DNA of 64,000 bases, taken from contig CM052818.1 in NCBI GenBank assembly GCA_028534125.1, positions 46,068,001 to 46,132,000 on the forward strand, read 5' to 3'. The stretch comes from Lama glama. Lineage: Eukaryota. The translations under genes were made by a program, and so were the position numbers. Within the stretch, counting starts at the first letter, position 1; every line of letters begins with the position of its first letter. Shown one piece after another: positions 28,193 to 41,430 of the stretch. Under the pieces are notes generated by a model. It worked only from the letters and a program-made list of their open reading frames with translations, ran no database searches and was not told where the DNA came from.

Positions 28193-28599
28193 AAGTGGAC
28201 CCTGGCCGCGCGCCCCTCGCCGACTTGGCGGGAGGGTTCAGGCGGGCGGGCGAAAGAGACTTCGGGCCCAGGGAAGGGGTGGCCAGGTCTGGGCTCCAGC
28301 TTCTTGTGAGGCCAGAGTGCTCCCTGGAAGTTGCTGGTGTGGGGCAGGGAGCAGTGAGGAGGGAGTGGGCGTCGGGGGCGTGGGGCTCTTCATTGGCCCC
28401 CTCCTCCTCTCCTGTGCTCAGAGGAGCAGGAACTCAGTGGCCCTTGTGACTGCCGAATCAGTCCAGAACTCCCTTGGAAGGGACGAAAATCGGCCCCTGT
28501 AACCGGAGCTGCAGGTGGAATTGACGGGGTCAGGTAACTGGGGCCTGGATATAAATGATGCCAAGTTTGTAAAAGGAGTAAAAATGAGAGTTTAAACGA

Positions 28600-28634
28600 A
28601 AAAAAATAAATAAATAAATAAATAAATAAATAAA
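28600..28634. repeat. A-run plus (TAAA)n microsatellite
   Basis: aaaaaaataaataaataaataaataaataaataaa. Confidence 0.9.
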
Positions 28635-29878
28635 GGGAGTAGGTAATAATACCCTGGGGAAAAGCTGGCGACTCAGCCATCTTCAGTTATAAAACACCTT
28701 GAGCATGTCCATAAATGGTCTGGCCCTTGTGTTTTAGTTACAGGGAACCAGCATTGACTGAATTCATGCTGGTGCCCGGTCATGTGCACACACATTCATA
28801 TTTGATCTTCCCAACTGCCCTGCTAAGCATGTTTCCTCTTGACTGATAGGACATCTGATTAGAAAAAAAATGAAGTTATTTGTCCGAAATGTGTTAAGTG
28901 GCAGACCTATAGTTTGAAATCAGCTGCCATACCAAATTCATTTCTGTGCCACTACTGCCAGCTGCGGGTGGGTGCTTCAGCTTCTTTACTATGGCAGATA
29001 AGTAGAATTATTTATCTTCTATTTTTCTATCATATTTGGAGGGTCGGTTTGTTTACTCTTCCTAGACTTAACCTCTTAATCTGTCAGTTTTTCCCTTGAG
29101 GAAAACCTCAAAAGCAGTTCAAGGAATATTAGGACATGCTGGACTTAACGCATGGTTATGGAAGTAAGTCCAAAAACCTCAACTGACATTTCCCTCAGGC
29201 TCATGTTTGGCCTGAAACTAGAAAAACTAGACTGGAAAACTAGATGAAAACTCCAAATTCTCAGTAATTCTCTACTGGCTAAATTGAAAAGCATTTTCAA
29301 TGAAAATTATTTCTTCTTGCCTCAGATTTAGAAAATGAAGGCTTTAATTTATACTTCTCTAGTAGTTTTGTAAGAAGGTGTAAGCTCTCTACTAATCTTC
29401 AGAAGTAAGGACCGAATTTTCATGATCAAGCGTTTGTCAGCTTTACGGTTCAAATACATTCTTCATTTTGTGTGCTTCACTCTGAAGGCCCTTGTGTCGT
29501 CAATATTAATCATACGTTCAATGCTTCAGCGTGGTGGAAAGACCACTGGCCAGGGTCCTAGCCCAAGTGTCCCTCTGGTATCTACACGCGATCTTGGGCC
29601 AGCACACTGGGGGCCTGACTTACCCGTCTTCACAGGTCCTGTTTGTAAGCATTTTCACAAATACAACTCACTTTCATAAAATTTTTGAGGTAAAATTTTC
29701 TCCTGATTTGTAAGTGAGGAAGCTAATGACATGTCCTAGGACTTGGGTCTCATAGCTAAGTAAGTAGTCGTGCCAGGATTCAAACCTGGGTTTTCTACTT
29801 TTAAGTTGGTATTCTGCTATTATGCTATGTTGCCCTTTTTTTGAGATTAAAGCAGTGACATTAGAGCAGTGCTTTTTT

Positions 29879-30558
29879 TAAATTGAAGTATAGTCAGTTT
29901 ACAATGTTAATTTCTGGTGTACAATATAGTGATTCATTTCTGCACATACATATATTCCTTGTCATATGCTTTTTCATTATAGGCCATTACAAGATACTGC
30001 GTATAGTTCCATGTGCTATACAGTAGGACTTTGTTTATTTTATATATATAGTAGTTAGTATCTGCAAATCCTGAACTCCCAGTTTATCCCTCCCCACACC
30101 TATTCCCCCCAGTAATCATAAGTTTAAGTTTGTTTTCTATGTGAGTCTGTTTCTATTTTGTAAATAAGTCTATTTGTGTCTTTTTTTTTTTTAAGATTCT
30201 ACATATAAGTGATGCAATATTTTTCTTTCTGGCTTGCTTCACTTAGTATGATGAGCTCCAGGTCTATCCGTATTGCTGAAAATGACATTGTTTTATTTTT
30301 TATGGCTGAGTAGTATTCCACTGTGTGTGTGTGTCTGTGTGTGTGTGTCTGTGTGTACGTACCACAAGTTCTTTATCCAGTCATCCATCAGTGGACATTT
30401 AGGTTGCTTCCATGTCTTGGCTATTGTAAATAGGGCTGCTATGAACATTGAGGTGCAAATCTTTTCAAATTAGAGTTTCCTCCTGACATATGCCCAGGAG
30501 TGGGATTGCTGGATCATAGATTGTCTATTTTCAGTTTTTTTAAGGAATCTCCATGGAT
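29879..30558 (-). mobile_element. 5'-truncated L1 with target-site duplication and internal (TG)n
   Basis: Antisense L1 3'UTR and ORF2 end; flanks cagtgctttttt at 29867 and 30559. Confidence 0.87.
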
Positions 30559-32771
30559 CAGTGCTTTTTTAAACTTTAGCTCATGACCAACTAGTGGATA
30601 GTGGAAACCTAATGGGTCACAGCCAGTCCGTGTTTTTTAAATAGAAATATATGGCATGTTAATAAAGGTAATAGTTCGTGAAATCATTTTCAGTTTATGT
30701 GAATAGTGGGTTGTGATGTAAAATTGATTTCAGTTGGGTTTGAAAGCACGAAGTTTACTTTGCAATTCATGTCCTAGGCCTGCAAGTTGTTCACGATTTT
30801 ACTGTTGTGAATTGTATCAGTTTTTAATGACATTGTTGGTGACATTTTGGGTCCCTTCCACTTACAGCATTGTGACAATGGCAACACTTTCTACTTTAGA
30901 ATGTGCTGAGCAGTGAGTCCCTTGATGCCTTTAGAAGAAAGGGAAGCTCCCCCTTCTGAGAGTGCGACTTTAATTGCGCATTGCTGGAAGGATTTTGTTA
31001 AGATTAATTCTTTTATCTTTGCTTTGTCTTTAGACCCATTTCTGCAACATATCACAGCCTTGGCCTAAGAGTATCAAGAAAGTACTTAAACCCCAGAAGC
31101 ATGATGGAGTTAGGATTTACTCAGCTAGCGAAGAGGCTTATTAAGGGCTTTCATGGGATATGAATTACTAAGTGGGTTTGAAATTGGGTTGAGCCCTGAG
31201 TTTAAGTCAGTACAATAGGCCTTACTACTCTAGGCTCCTAAATTCTTTATTTGAGCTGAAATACAGCTCTCTGAGGACTATCTGAGGTTCTTACCGAAAT
31301 GTTTATTAAGAGTTGTTTAATTACTGTAATTTGAACTAAAGATTTAGGAATTTCCTTGCTAATTCAGATAAATGAGATTATACAGTGTGAACTCACTTGT
31401 TTGACATGCTGGGCCGTGGAGAGCTGACTTAGTTCTCCGTCTCACTTGGGCATTTGCTTTGCTCTTGGTTGTGATACGTGCTACTGAGGACCACATCCCT
31501 GTCACCTGGGCTATTCAACAATGCCCTGTTGTGGTCATTATCAGCAGAAATTTGTCTATATATACAAAAATCATGTTTTTCTCCTGTGACAGCTTACAAT
31601 TTGTTTCCTAGATGACATTGCTGAGAATAAGAAAAGGTTTGTTTAAGGCCGACTAAAATTTAACTTGGAGTGCAGCCTGGTTTTCTTAACACTACAGAAA
31701 TGTAGGGGAGTTAAGCCCACATAATGAGGCTCAGGTTTGCCTCATTTCTGAGGACGTGTGTATGTCTGCATTTATTGCAGAAACCCCTGCCACTCGCTCA
31801 TCCTGTGAGCTCCATTTCACGTTCTCTGACACGGATAACTCGGGCCCCTGAAGGAGACCAGACTACTTGTCTCTCGTTTTCTGCTGATGTTACCAGGTTT
31901 CTTAACCCATCTGGAGTTAGTACTGAGCACTCCTTCTTCATCCTAGACCTGTGGGTCTTTACACAAGGCCCTGCGTTGTGGCCTTTCTCCGTAACAGGTG
32001 GTGTTCTTTCACTCATTCTGGAACTTAGAACCTTGGAGGGGTCCCTGCAAAGATTTCTGAAGGCTACTGTGTCCTGAGACTGCTGGCAGCACCACCACTT
32101 GGGAGCTAGGAATGGAAATGGGACAAGATTGTTAACTCTCCAGAGCTAGACCTGGCTCTTCCCACAACTGCCTAACCTGAGAGACGATGTGACCTGGTGG
32201 AAAGGGATCCAGCTTCCGTGTTCATTCATTCATCACTTCGCTGTTAACATGAGTACCTGTCATGAGCCACGAACTGTGCTGGATACTGGAACTTGCAACT
32301 TTGCCACTTTATAGTTTTCTTACTTTAAAAGGTGGACACCTGTCTTGCCTGTGAGCCAATGGGTGAAGGGATTGCCAAGTGTAAATGTTTGTGGAATATA
32401 TGTATGTGGACTGCTCAGGTGGGAAAAGAGTAGAAGGATCGTCTAATTTTGGAACTGGAAAATTCTATAGAGTGAAACCAGTCTTGTGGATAAGAAAAGT
32501 GACCACACTTTGAGCAGATCTATTGCCCTAGATTTTCCAGGACATAGACACACACACAAAAATGATAGTGTAACTTGGTAATGCAAAGTTAAAAAATATA
32601 TATTAAGCAATGGTTTTGCTTCTGACATTCTCTGCTGGAACAGAATGGGGAAAAGTCATTTGCTGAAAAAGTAAAGAAAAAAAATCAAGAGAACAAGGAG
32701 CAAGAGGAAATGCCTTTGCTTCTCAAGAATTAAAACTTTAGTAAGTAATTGGTGGTGCCACAAGGCCATCA

Positions 32772-32930
32772 TTATCAAACTTCATGCATGTGATCACCTG
32801 GAGGGTCTGCTAAAATACAGCTTTTGATTCAGTAGGTCTGGGGTAGAGTTTATAGATAACATACATTTCTAATAAGTTCCCAGGTGATGCAGATGCTTGT
32901 GGCCAGAACCTGGTACTTAGGAGACCACTG
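32772..32930. mobile_element. MER5A-like DNA transposon relic
   Basis: atcacctggaggg...gattcagtaggtctgggg...catttctaataagttcccaggtgatgc...gaccactg. Confidence 0.75.
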
Positions 32931-34924
32931 TCTTAAGAAAGCAGGAGCAATTAAGGCCAAAGTAAAGATCAGGCGATTTTCACAGCAGGTGAGTAAAAAT
33001 AGGTCAGTTGAAGGATTCTGAATTGAGCAGCACACTGTTGAGATTTGTGCCCACCTGATGTTAACGAATGGGAGGGACTTCCCTCAGCAACTGAAACTGA
33101 TCGTATACGCAGAAGAGCGTGGGAGGCTCTCTGATTCATTCTGCCTCAGCCCCTTCAGTTGTTGCCCGTGTTAATGATTTTGTATTGAAGTAAAAAATAA
33201 AGTTCTACTCCAATCCTGAGCAAGCAGATTCCGTGATTTGACAAGATGCCACCGGGGTGAGTTAGAACTGATCTGTAAGGTCTTAGGTAAGGAGGATCTG
33301 TCTGGCTGGTGATAGGAGGTTAGAAGTCTACATCCAGTATTAATTGGAGATCAGTGCTGGGAGATTGGCCTAAAGCTTCAGGAAGGAAGCCAAGGATGTA
33401 TCTCAGTGATGGGCGGGAGGCCCAGGAACTTGTTGGGGCACGTGTGCACTGACTAATGGCTCTGTGGGCCACCAGGGTCAAACCAGAGGCCTGCCGGGAG
33501 GTAGAGCACTTGGGTTCCAACTGTTCTCACTCAGTATTCCCTCAGTTCCTAAATTGTTGGTTCAAGGCAAACAAAGTAGGAATGAGCTTTCTCTCCCTCT
33601 TAAAGATAAAATAGAAAAATAATATGTAAGCATTTAGTATTGTATTGAGTTGACATTTCGTTTGCTTTTAAGTTTTAAGGTACAGGGCTGGAGAAAAAGA
33701 ATCGAAGCTATTTCAGGCCAGACCATGAGTGTTTCTTACAGGGTGACATACCTTGAAGTTAGTTCTGCAAAATTTGGCTTAAATTTCTAATAGATCAAAT
33801 AGTGAAAAGGATAGGGAAGTGATTCTAGTCTTTGTTGCTGACATAGTGTATTTCCAATCCTTTGGCAACAAAGGATTTGAAGACATAAAAGAGCTGGCGT
33901 CACTGCCCAAGCTTGTAGTCTGGGGAGACATGAATGATGAACCTATGAAACACCAAACACCAAAACACAGCACCTGTTACATGTAGCAGCTTAAATTCCA
34001 TAGGAAATGAAATTTGTGCAGTGTGTGCACGTTTGGGGTCAGAGAAGAGTGCAGCGTGGCAACGTGTGGAGAAATTAGAGTGATCCAAATATCACATGTT
34101 GTCTAGGATTCTTTGATACCACTTGCCAATGAGCAGAGAGCTCCTGAAGTGACGCCAGACTCCTATAGGTGTTCGTTATGAAGGCAAGTAAAGTCAGATG
34201 GCTCTGGATCTGAATCTTGCCTCCACCACTTTGTAGCTTTGTGACCTTGGGGGTAATGCTTCAAAATAAATAAAGTAAGGATGATGCTTCAAAAGATTGT
34301 TAGAGGATTAGAGGAGATAATTTATCCTCCCCGCATGCAATAAATATTTGATGATGATATCCCAGGCATTATGCCAGGTGAACAGATCAGACAGGGGCCT
34401 GAATCTGGCATTAGTAGGAACCTGACAGGTGTCTCCCAAGTGCGCCTTGTTGTTTTGTGCTGCTATATCATTTTGCATTAATTTGTTGTCGGGAAATAAT
34501 TTACTTCTCCGCTAAGTATTTTCAAGCAAATAACAAGCATTATGTCTTTTCACTATATCAAATTCAGTGCACAGCACTAAGATATATGGCATTTCCTTTC
34601 ATAATAACAATCATTAGCACAGCTAACAAAATTACATTCATTCTCTGGCATCATTTACTATTCAGTTCATATTTACATTTCCCCGGTTGTCTCAAAAATA
34701 TTTTTTTAATGATTTGCTAGAATCCAGATTCAGAAAAGGTCCGCATGTTGCATTTGTTTGCAGGGTCTCATGTCTCGTAATCTAGAACATCCTCCTCTTT
34801 TGGGGGGTGGGGGCATTGCCTTCTTGCAGAGCCAGGTAGGTTCCACTAGGAAGTCCCCATTTTGGATTTGTCTCTTGTTTCCTGTGGTTTTATTTACTAG
34901 TTCCTCTACCCTCATCTATATCTC

Positions 34925-35765
34925 TTTTTTTTCTGTTGAGATATAGCTGATGAACAATATTATGTAGGTTACAGTGTACAACATAGTGACTCACAATTTT
35001 TAAAGGTTATACTCCATTTATAGTTATAAAATGTTCACTATATACCCTGTGTTGTACAGTATATCCTTGTAGCTTATTTTATGCATAATACTTTGTGCCT
35101 CTTAATCCCCTGCCCCTATCTTGCCCCTCCCCTCCTTCCTCTCCCCACTGGTAATCACTAGTTTGTTCTCTACGTATGAGTCTGTCTCCTTTTTGTTATA
35201 TTCACTAGTTTGTTTTCCTTTTATAGTCCACATATAAGTGGTATCACACAGTATTTGTCTTGACTTACTTCGCTTCACATAATACCTTCCAAGTTCACCT
35301 ATGTTGTTGCAAATGGCCAGATTTCATTCTTTTTATGGCTGAGTAGTATTCCACTGTGTGTATATACTCTGCATCGTCTTTATCCATTCATCTTTGATGG
35401 ACACTTAGGCTACTTCCATATCTTGGCAACTGTAAATAATGCTGCTGTGAACATTGGGGTGCATTTATTTTTTCAAACTAGTGTTTTCATTCTTTTTCTG
35501 ATATATACCCAGGAGTAGAATTGCTGGGTCATACACTTCTATTTTTAGTTTTTTTTAAAAAATGCCATACTGTTTCCACAGTGTCTGCACCAATTTACAT
35601 TCCCACCAACAGTGTACAACGGTTCCCTTTTCTCTGCACCTTTGCCAGCATTTGTTATTTGTGGTCTTTTTGATGATAGCCAGACAGGTGTGAGGTGATA
35701 TGTTGTGGTTATGATTTGCATTTCTCTAATGATTAACGATGCTGAGCATCTTTTCATGTGCCTAT
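34925..35765 (-). mobile_element. 5'-truncated L1 (ORF2 end and 3'UTR)
   Basis: ORF 35545-35757(-) [15 protein letters not shown]...YHLTPV; T-run tail at ~34925. Confidence 0.88.
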
Positions 35766-37469
35766 TTCAATATCTCATCTTACGTCCTGTGGTTTATGTA
35801 GCAAGTTAGTTCCTCTACCCTCCTCCATAGCTCCTGTAAGTGGAGGTTAGTTCAAGAGGCTTTACAAGATTCAGGTTCAGCTTTTCTGGCAAGAAACCCA
35901 TGGTGCAGCATATCAAGGGTCATGCTTATGGATCTTTATAAATGCTGTTCCCTTAGTCTAGAACGTCCTTCCTTTCCTTTTCTGCCTAGCAGACTCCTAT
36001 TCATCCTTCAAAATCTTTTCATTGAAGTAAAGCTAGAGGAAAACCATTGCTAAATTATTTAAAGTGAAGAAGGTTCCTGATGGCTCTGGCAAGATACTGC
36101 TTCCTAGGTAGAAATGAGGATATGAATCACTTTTCCTTAGTACTTTGCAAGTTAAACCAGAATAAGAGAGACTACAAACCCAAATAAGGCTGCCCTTCCT
36201 GCCTTTCTCCTCTTAAGAAGACTCTCAATGGCAAGCATCCCTCCACCTCTGCAGGAGCTGAGAGCTCTTCATGTTGAGAGAGCACTGTACCCTCCTGATC
36301 TCCCAGAACAGATGTCTCACTTATTTGAATTTTGCAGCAAGTGCTCACCTTGAGTGTCCTGTTACTGAGGCGTTGGAGGTGACAACTGGAGAATGACTGA
36401 CCTTCCAGCAGTTCTTTTTGTGTATATTGTGCTGGCTGGCTGATCCTGGTACTACCAACTGTTGAATTGCACACTCATCTGTCAGATGGCAATAAAAAAC
36501 TAGCCTGTCTCAACTAGGGCCCATTTCAGGCGTTGTCTAAAGAGTTACCCCGGTTTAGGCAACAGAGTCATGGACTGGAGATAGTCCTGGGCTGTCATTC
36601 CTGCTATTAACTTTGAGAAAATCATGACCCTCTTTCTGTAGACTTCAGAAAGGCACAGGGAGTCTACAAAGATGGTTCAGGAGTACTCCAAACCCAAATG
36701 CTCTGCGTTGATCTGTTTTATGCATTAAGTTTCTGCCTAAGATTTCTTTTGGACATTAGAGTGCTGTAGCTAAAAACAATGCAACTGAAAAAAGGCTTGA
36801 AAACAGCACCGGCCTAGATGACAACCGCAGTCTCTTGTTTATTTAAAATTCACATCTTTGTCCCTAACTGGAGTTTTTAATGGATATCTGCTCTGAAATT
36901 ATTTCTAGAACAAGGCAGAATGTAAATAAATCACTGCATAACCAGATAGTCATAGTGATGAAATATCGAGGGATGTATGTGATACCAACAATAAGCCAGA
37001 GTTGTAACTCGGCACCGACTTACTTGTCTGATCTGTTCTGCTTCCGAGTGAGCCAGGAAATAAATGGTAATGTTTGCTCTGGGCAAGTCTGTTACGTTCA
37101 GGCTTTTCAGTGTGATCAGTCCCTCAGAAGCCAAGCCCAGGACTGCACAGTGACCATGCAGGTCAGGGAGCTCCCACTCTGGAGAGAGGCACCACTGGAC
37201 AGGCAGTTCTCCCTGGTTTTCATGCATAATGAACAGCATGGAAGGACGAGTGCTTCTTTCTGTTGTCTAGTTTCTAAGATGTTTTGATAAGTAGATCTCA
37301 TTGTTCTGGATCCTAGGCCCTGACCTCTTGGCTCCCTGCAGGGTCAGCTGGGAGATTGTCCACTGGCCAACTCTGAGGACACCATTCACATCAGCTACAG
37401 TGTGAATGCCATCCCCTTAGGGCAAGGAGTGTGCAGCACAGACACCCCAACCCTTGGCTTTTCTTGACT

Positions 37470-37700
37470 TGTGGCTGCATCACTCCGGCTTCTGCCCACA
37501 TCATCACATGGCATTCTCTGTGTGTGTGTATCTGTGTCACTTCTCATAAGGACACTGGCCATTGGATTTAGGGCTCACCCTCACCTAGTAGGACTTCGTC
37601 ATAGCTTGATTACAGCTGCAAAGTCTTTATTTCCTAATAAGGTAAACATTCATAAATATGGGGGGTTAGGGCTTGAACGTATGTTTTTTGTGCCACCCAT
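37470..37700. mobile_element. MaLR LTR fragment (MLT1-like)
   Basis: gtggctgcatcactcc...cataaggacac...cattggatttagggctcaccct...atttcctaataaggt. Confidence 0.65.
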
Positions 37701-38090
37701 TACAAGCATTAACTTGTCTAATTTGTTTGATTCATCTTGTAAGACTGCCTTACGCACAGGACTGTGTTACTTGCTGTGGAAGGTAGCATGGTCCTTGCCT
37801 CAGGAACTCACGCCTTTGTGGAGAAGAGCAAGATGCCATCAGTGGACCACAATGCAGGATAAAATAGAATACATTAGATTATAAAAGAAGCAAGAAACAT
37901 GACATGAGGAGGAGACATTCAGCCAGTGTTATCTAAGACAAATAGAGATGGTGATGGAGGGAAAAGCAGAGGCAAGAAAGTCACATGAGAGGCTATTCAA
38001 CCAGCACAGAGGAGACAGAGTGAGGGACTAGCTGGCCAGTCTCCTTGAGCCCATCAAGCATATTGTTTGTTGCTGAGGGGGATAATCAGA

Positions 38091-38180
38091 TTTTTTTTTA
38101 AACAGAGGTACTGGGGATTGAACCCAGGACGCTGTGCATACTAAGCACGTGCTCTACCACTGAGCTATACCCTCCTCCCC
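38091..38180 (-). mobile_element. tRNA-derived SINE (vic-1-like)
   Basis: gaggtactggggattgaacccagg...tctaccactgagctataccctcc, preceded by a T-run. Confidence 0.88.
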
Positions 38181-38239
38181 AATCAAGCCTATTAAATAGC
38201 GCTTCCCCACAGAATAAACTATTTAGAAACAGCTTTATA

Positions 38240-38710
38240 TGACCTAAAAAGTGAAAAGTAAATGTGGCTAAATGCAACGTGGTATCCTGGGTGAATCCTG
38301 GGACAGAAACTGTGCAGTTCTTTTGGTGGTTATCAAGGGTTGGGAGAAGCAGGTAATGGAGAGTGACTGCTTGGTGGGTAGGGGGTTTCATTTTGGGGTG
38401 ATTAAAATGTCCTGGAACTAGATAGTGGTGCTGGCTGTACAACACTGAATGTACTGAATATCACTAAGGATGCATTTTATGTTCTGTGGATTTTATCGCA
38501 ATTAAAAAAAGACAGTAGAAAAGCACATACTTCTAAAAATTGTGAAATCTGATGTCAATGTTTTAGTTTTGACAAACATACCCTGATGATGTAAGATATT
38601 AACATCAGGGGAAGCTGGGTGAAGAGTATATGGGAACTCTCTGTACTATCTTTGCAACTTTTCTGTACATGTAAAATTATTCCAAAATTAAAATTTTATT
38701 TTTAAAAATT
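38240..38710 (+). mobile_element. Old L1 3'UTR fragments
   Basis: aatggagagtgactgct...gatagtggtgctggctgtacaacactgaatgtact; atatgggaactctctgtactatctttgcaacttttctgta. Confidence 0.65.
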
Positions 38711-38834
38711 AATATGAAAAAATGCATAACATCAACTTTTTAAGGCCCATATCATACTGTATGTGTTTTCTGTATTTGTATGTACTGTTCATCTTTTAGA
38801 ATTTAAGTCCCTGGGGGGCAAAGATATGATGTTG

Positions 38835-39430
38835 GTGAGATGTAATTGACAAAAATTGTGTATATTTAAGGTATACAACGTGATGATTTATACACCTGTA
38901 CACTGTGAGATGATTATCAAGCTAATTAATGTATCCAGAGGTACCATTTTTGTGTGTGTGGTGAGAACATTTAAGATTGTTCTCTCAGTAAAGTTCAAGT
39001 ATTCAAAACTGTTCTTAACTACAGTCACTATATTGTATATTAGATCCTCAGAACTTAACTCATTTTATAACTGAAAGTTTGTAACTTTGACCAACATCTC
39101 CCCATTCCCACTCCTCCCACCCCCTGGCAACCACCGTTCTACTCTCTGCTTCTTCGAGTTTAATGTTTGTAAGATTTAACATGTAAGTGAGATCATACTG
39201 CATTTATCTTTCTGCGTTATTTCACTTAGCATGCTGTCCTTCAGATTTACCCATGTTGTCACAAATGGCAGCATTTCTTTTTTTTTTTAAGGCTGAATAA
39301 TGTCCCATTGTATGTATATACCATATATTCTTTATCCGTTTATCTGCCGATGGACACTTAGGTCGTTTCCACATCTTGGCTATTGTGAATAATGCTGCGG
39401 TGAATACAGGAGTACAGGTCATTTTGCGAG
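38835..39430 (-). mobile_element. L1 3' fragment
   Basis: ORF 39222-39440(-) CTPVFTAALFTIAKMWKRPKCPS...KNIWYIHTM, L1 ORF2 tail. Confidence 0.85.
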
Positions 39431-40654
39431 TACAGGTCATTCACTTTAGAGGTATTATTCTTAAAATGCTAGTAGAATTCACAAGTTTTAAACATTCAAC
39501 AAGTGAGTTCTGTTTTCTAAAGAGGACTAGATAGAATAGGTTTTCAATTAAGGCGTCTGGCCACTGTAGAACTGGAGGGTAACTGGTGACTGCCTCCTCT
39601 CTGGGGCCTGTCAACGCAAGAGTAATGACTTTTGGCCACTTCAGACCTGAGGTAATTTCAAACCAGCACAAGTTTCCATTTTTTCTTTCCATGCAATCTA
39701 TTCTCTATGTTCAGTTATTCATGTGGCTCAATTACTCTGAGATCTCAAGGGATTTCAGAAGGAAAAGTGACGTATTTTGTATGGCATTCAACCTATGGGA
39801 GTTATGATAACCTCTGCTCGCAACATCCAGATTAGCCACTGGAAGTTCTGTGGTAAAGACAAGGAGGCCTGGTAAGAAAGAGACATAAAAGTGTGTGTGT
39901 GTGTAACAGAGAGAGAAATTGTTGCCAAAATTTTAGAAATGAATCTTCTTGAAATAACAATTTCAGTCAAATGGCTGGCTTCCTTCTCTTTTTGAAATTG
40001 AAACTGGAAAAATGGAAAGAGACCTGGTTATTTTCTTGCCTATTAAAAAAATTCCCAAAGAAATCATATATTTATCAGTGAGGATCCTCAAATATTCTGC
40101 TTTGCTCCATGCATGATATATTTTTCATCTTTCTTTCTAAAAGGATGTGAAATACATTACAATTTCTGAACTAAAAACTTGGAAACTAGAGTTCTTGGCA
40201 CATGACTTTGTATGTAGTCATATTCTATAAGAAGGGTCTGTTGTCTGATGGAGAGTTATGGATTGACTCATAATTTATGAAGTGCTAACTTCACACAGAT
40301 TTATCCACTAGCAAAAAAGCATCCAGATGTAGGAATAATTTGTATTTTAGACGTAGAGTGATGAAGATTCTGTACATCTGTAAGGACTGGTGGTACTGGT
40401 GTAGGATAAATAGTAGCCACTAAGAGAAACAGCTAGGATGACAGAAGAAGGAAAAAACCTCCAGACTCAGCCAGAACCAAACAGCCACTTCTCTCATCAT
40501 TTAGATGAAAGGTCTTACCAATGCTTGTGTAGATCTGGTAGTTAACTCCAGAAATATAGCTGTAAATATTTTACTCTTAAGTTCACTTGCAGTAAGTAAG
40601 CTGTAAATAATTAACTCTATAGCCTGGGATCAGTGAATCTCAAGTGATCTTTTA

Positions 40655-40775
40655 CTTTTTAAAAAAATTTGGGGGGGTAATGAAGTCTATTTATTTTTAG
40701 AGCAGGTACTGGGGATTGAAACCAGGACCTCATGCATGCTAAGCATTCGCTCCACCACTTAAGCTATACCCTCCC
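40655..40775 (-). mobile_element. tRNA-derived SINE (vic-1-like)
   Basis: Same core: ggtactggggattgaaaccaggacctcatgcatgctaagc...agctataccctccc. Confidence 0.85.
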
Positions 40776-40877
40776 ACTACTTATCTTTATAAATCCTAAA
40801 TTAAACAAACCACTTCAAGTGTTACAGAGAGGAACCTGGGATCCACTCAACTTGTCCATGTATTTTTCAAATGGGCA

Positions 40878-41430
40878 ATAGTTGCTATGTAAAAAATTAC
40901 CCCTAATTTAGGAGACTGAACGAATATTTATTCTTTCCCAGTGTCTGGGGGTCAAAAATTAGGGAATGGCTTGAGTGGGTGGTTTTGGCTCGAGTGGGTG
41001 GTTTTGGCTCAGGGTCTCCCAAGAGGCTGCAGGCAAGCTGCTGGGTTAGGGAAGTGGAGTTAACTTAAAGGCCACTGAGGGCTGGAGGATTCATGTCCAA
41101 GCTGACGCATATAGTCTTTGGCAAGTCTCAGTTACTTGCTGGCTGTAGGCTGGTGACCTCTATTCCTATGAACTTCTCCATAGGCTTCCTGACATGAAAG
41201 TTGGCTTCTTTGCCAGTGAGCAATCCAAGGGAGAGCAAGCAAGAAAGCACCTGAGATGGAAGGCAGTCTCTTACGACCTAAAGTTGGAAGTAAAATACCA
41301 TCACTTATGCTGTGTGCTATTGGCCACACAGACCAAACTTGGTCTGGGGTAGAAGGGGACCGACTCTACAAGAGTGTGAATATCAGGAAGCAAAGGTCAT
41401 TGGGGACCATCCGGGAGGCTGGCTGCCACG
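40878..41430. mobile_element. MaLR LTR (MLT1F-like)
   Basis: ttgctatgtaaaaaattacccc...tggctcagggtctc...ggctggaggattc...attggccacacagaccaa...tcattggggaccatc. Confidence 0.7.

Noticed and set aside
27684..28502. 272-aa ORF in the track
   Set aside because: Runs through the N gap; artefact
36172..37301. Cluster of 100-135 aa ORFs between the genes, possible retro-pseudogene
   Set aside because: No protein family recognised, no poly-A or TSD seen; a tBLASTx search would settle it
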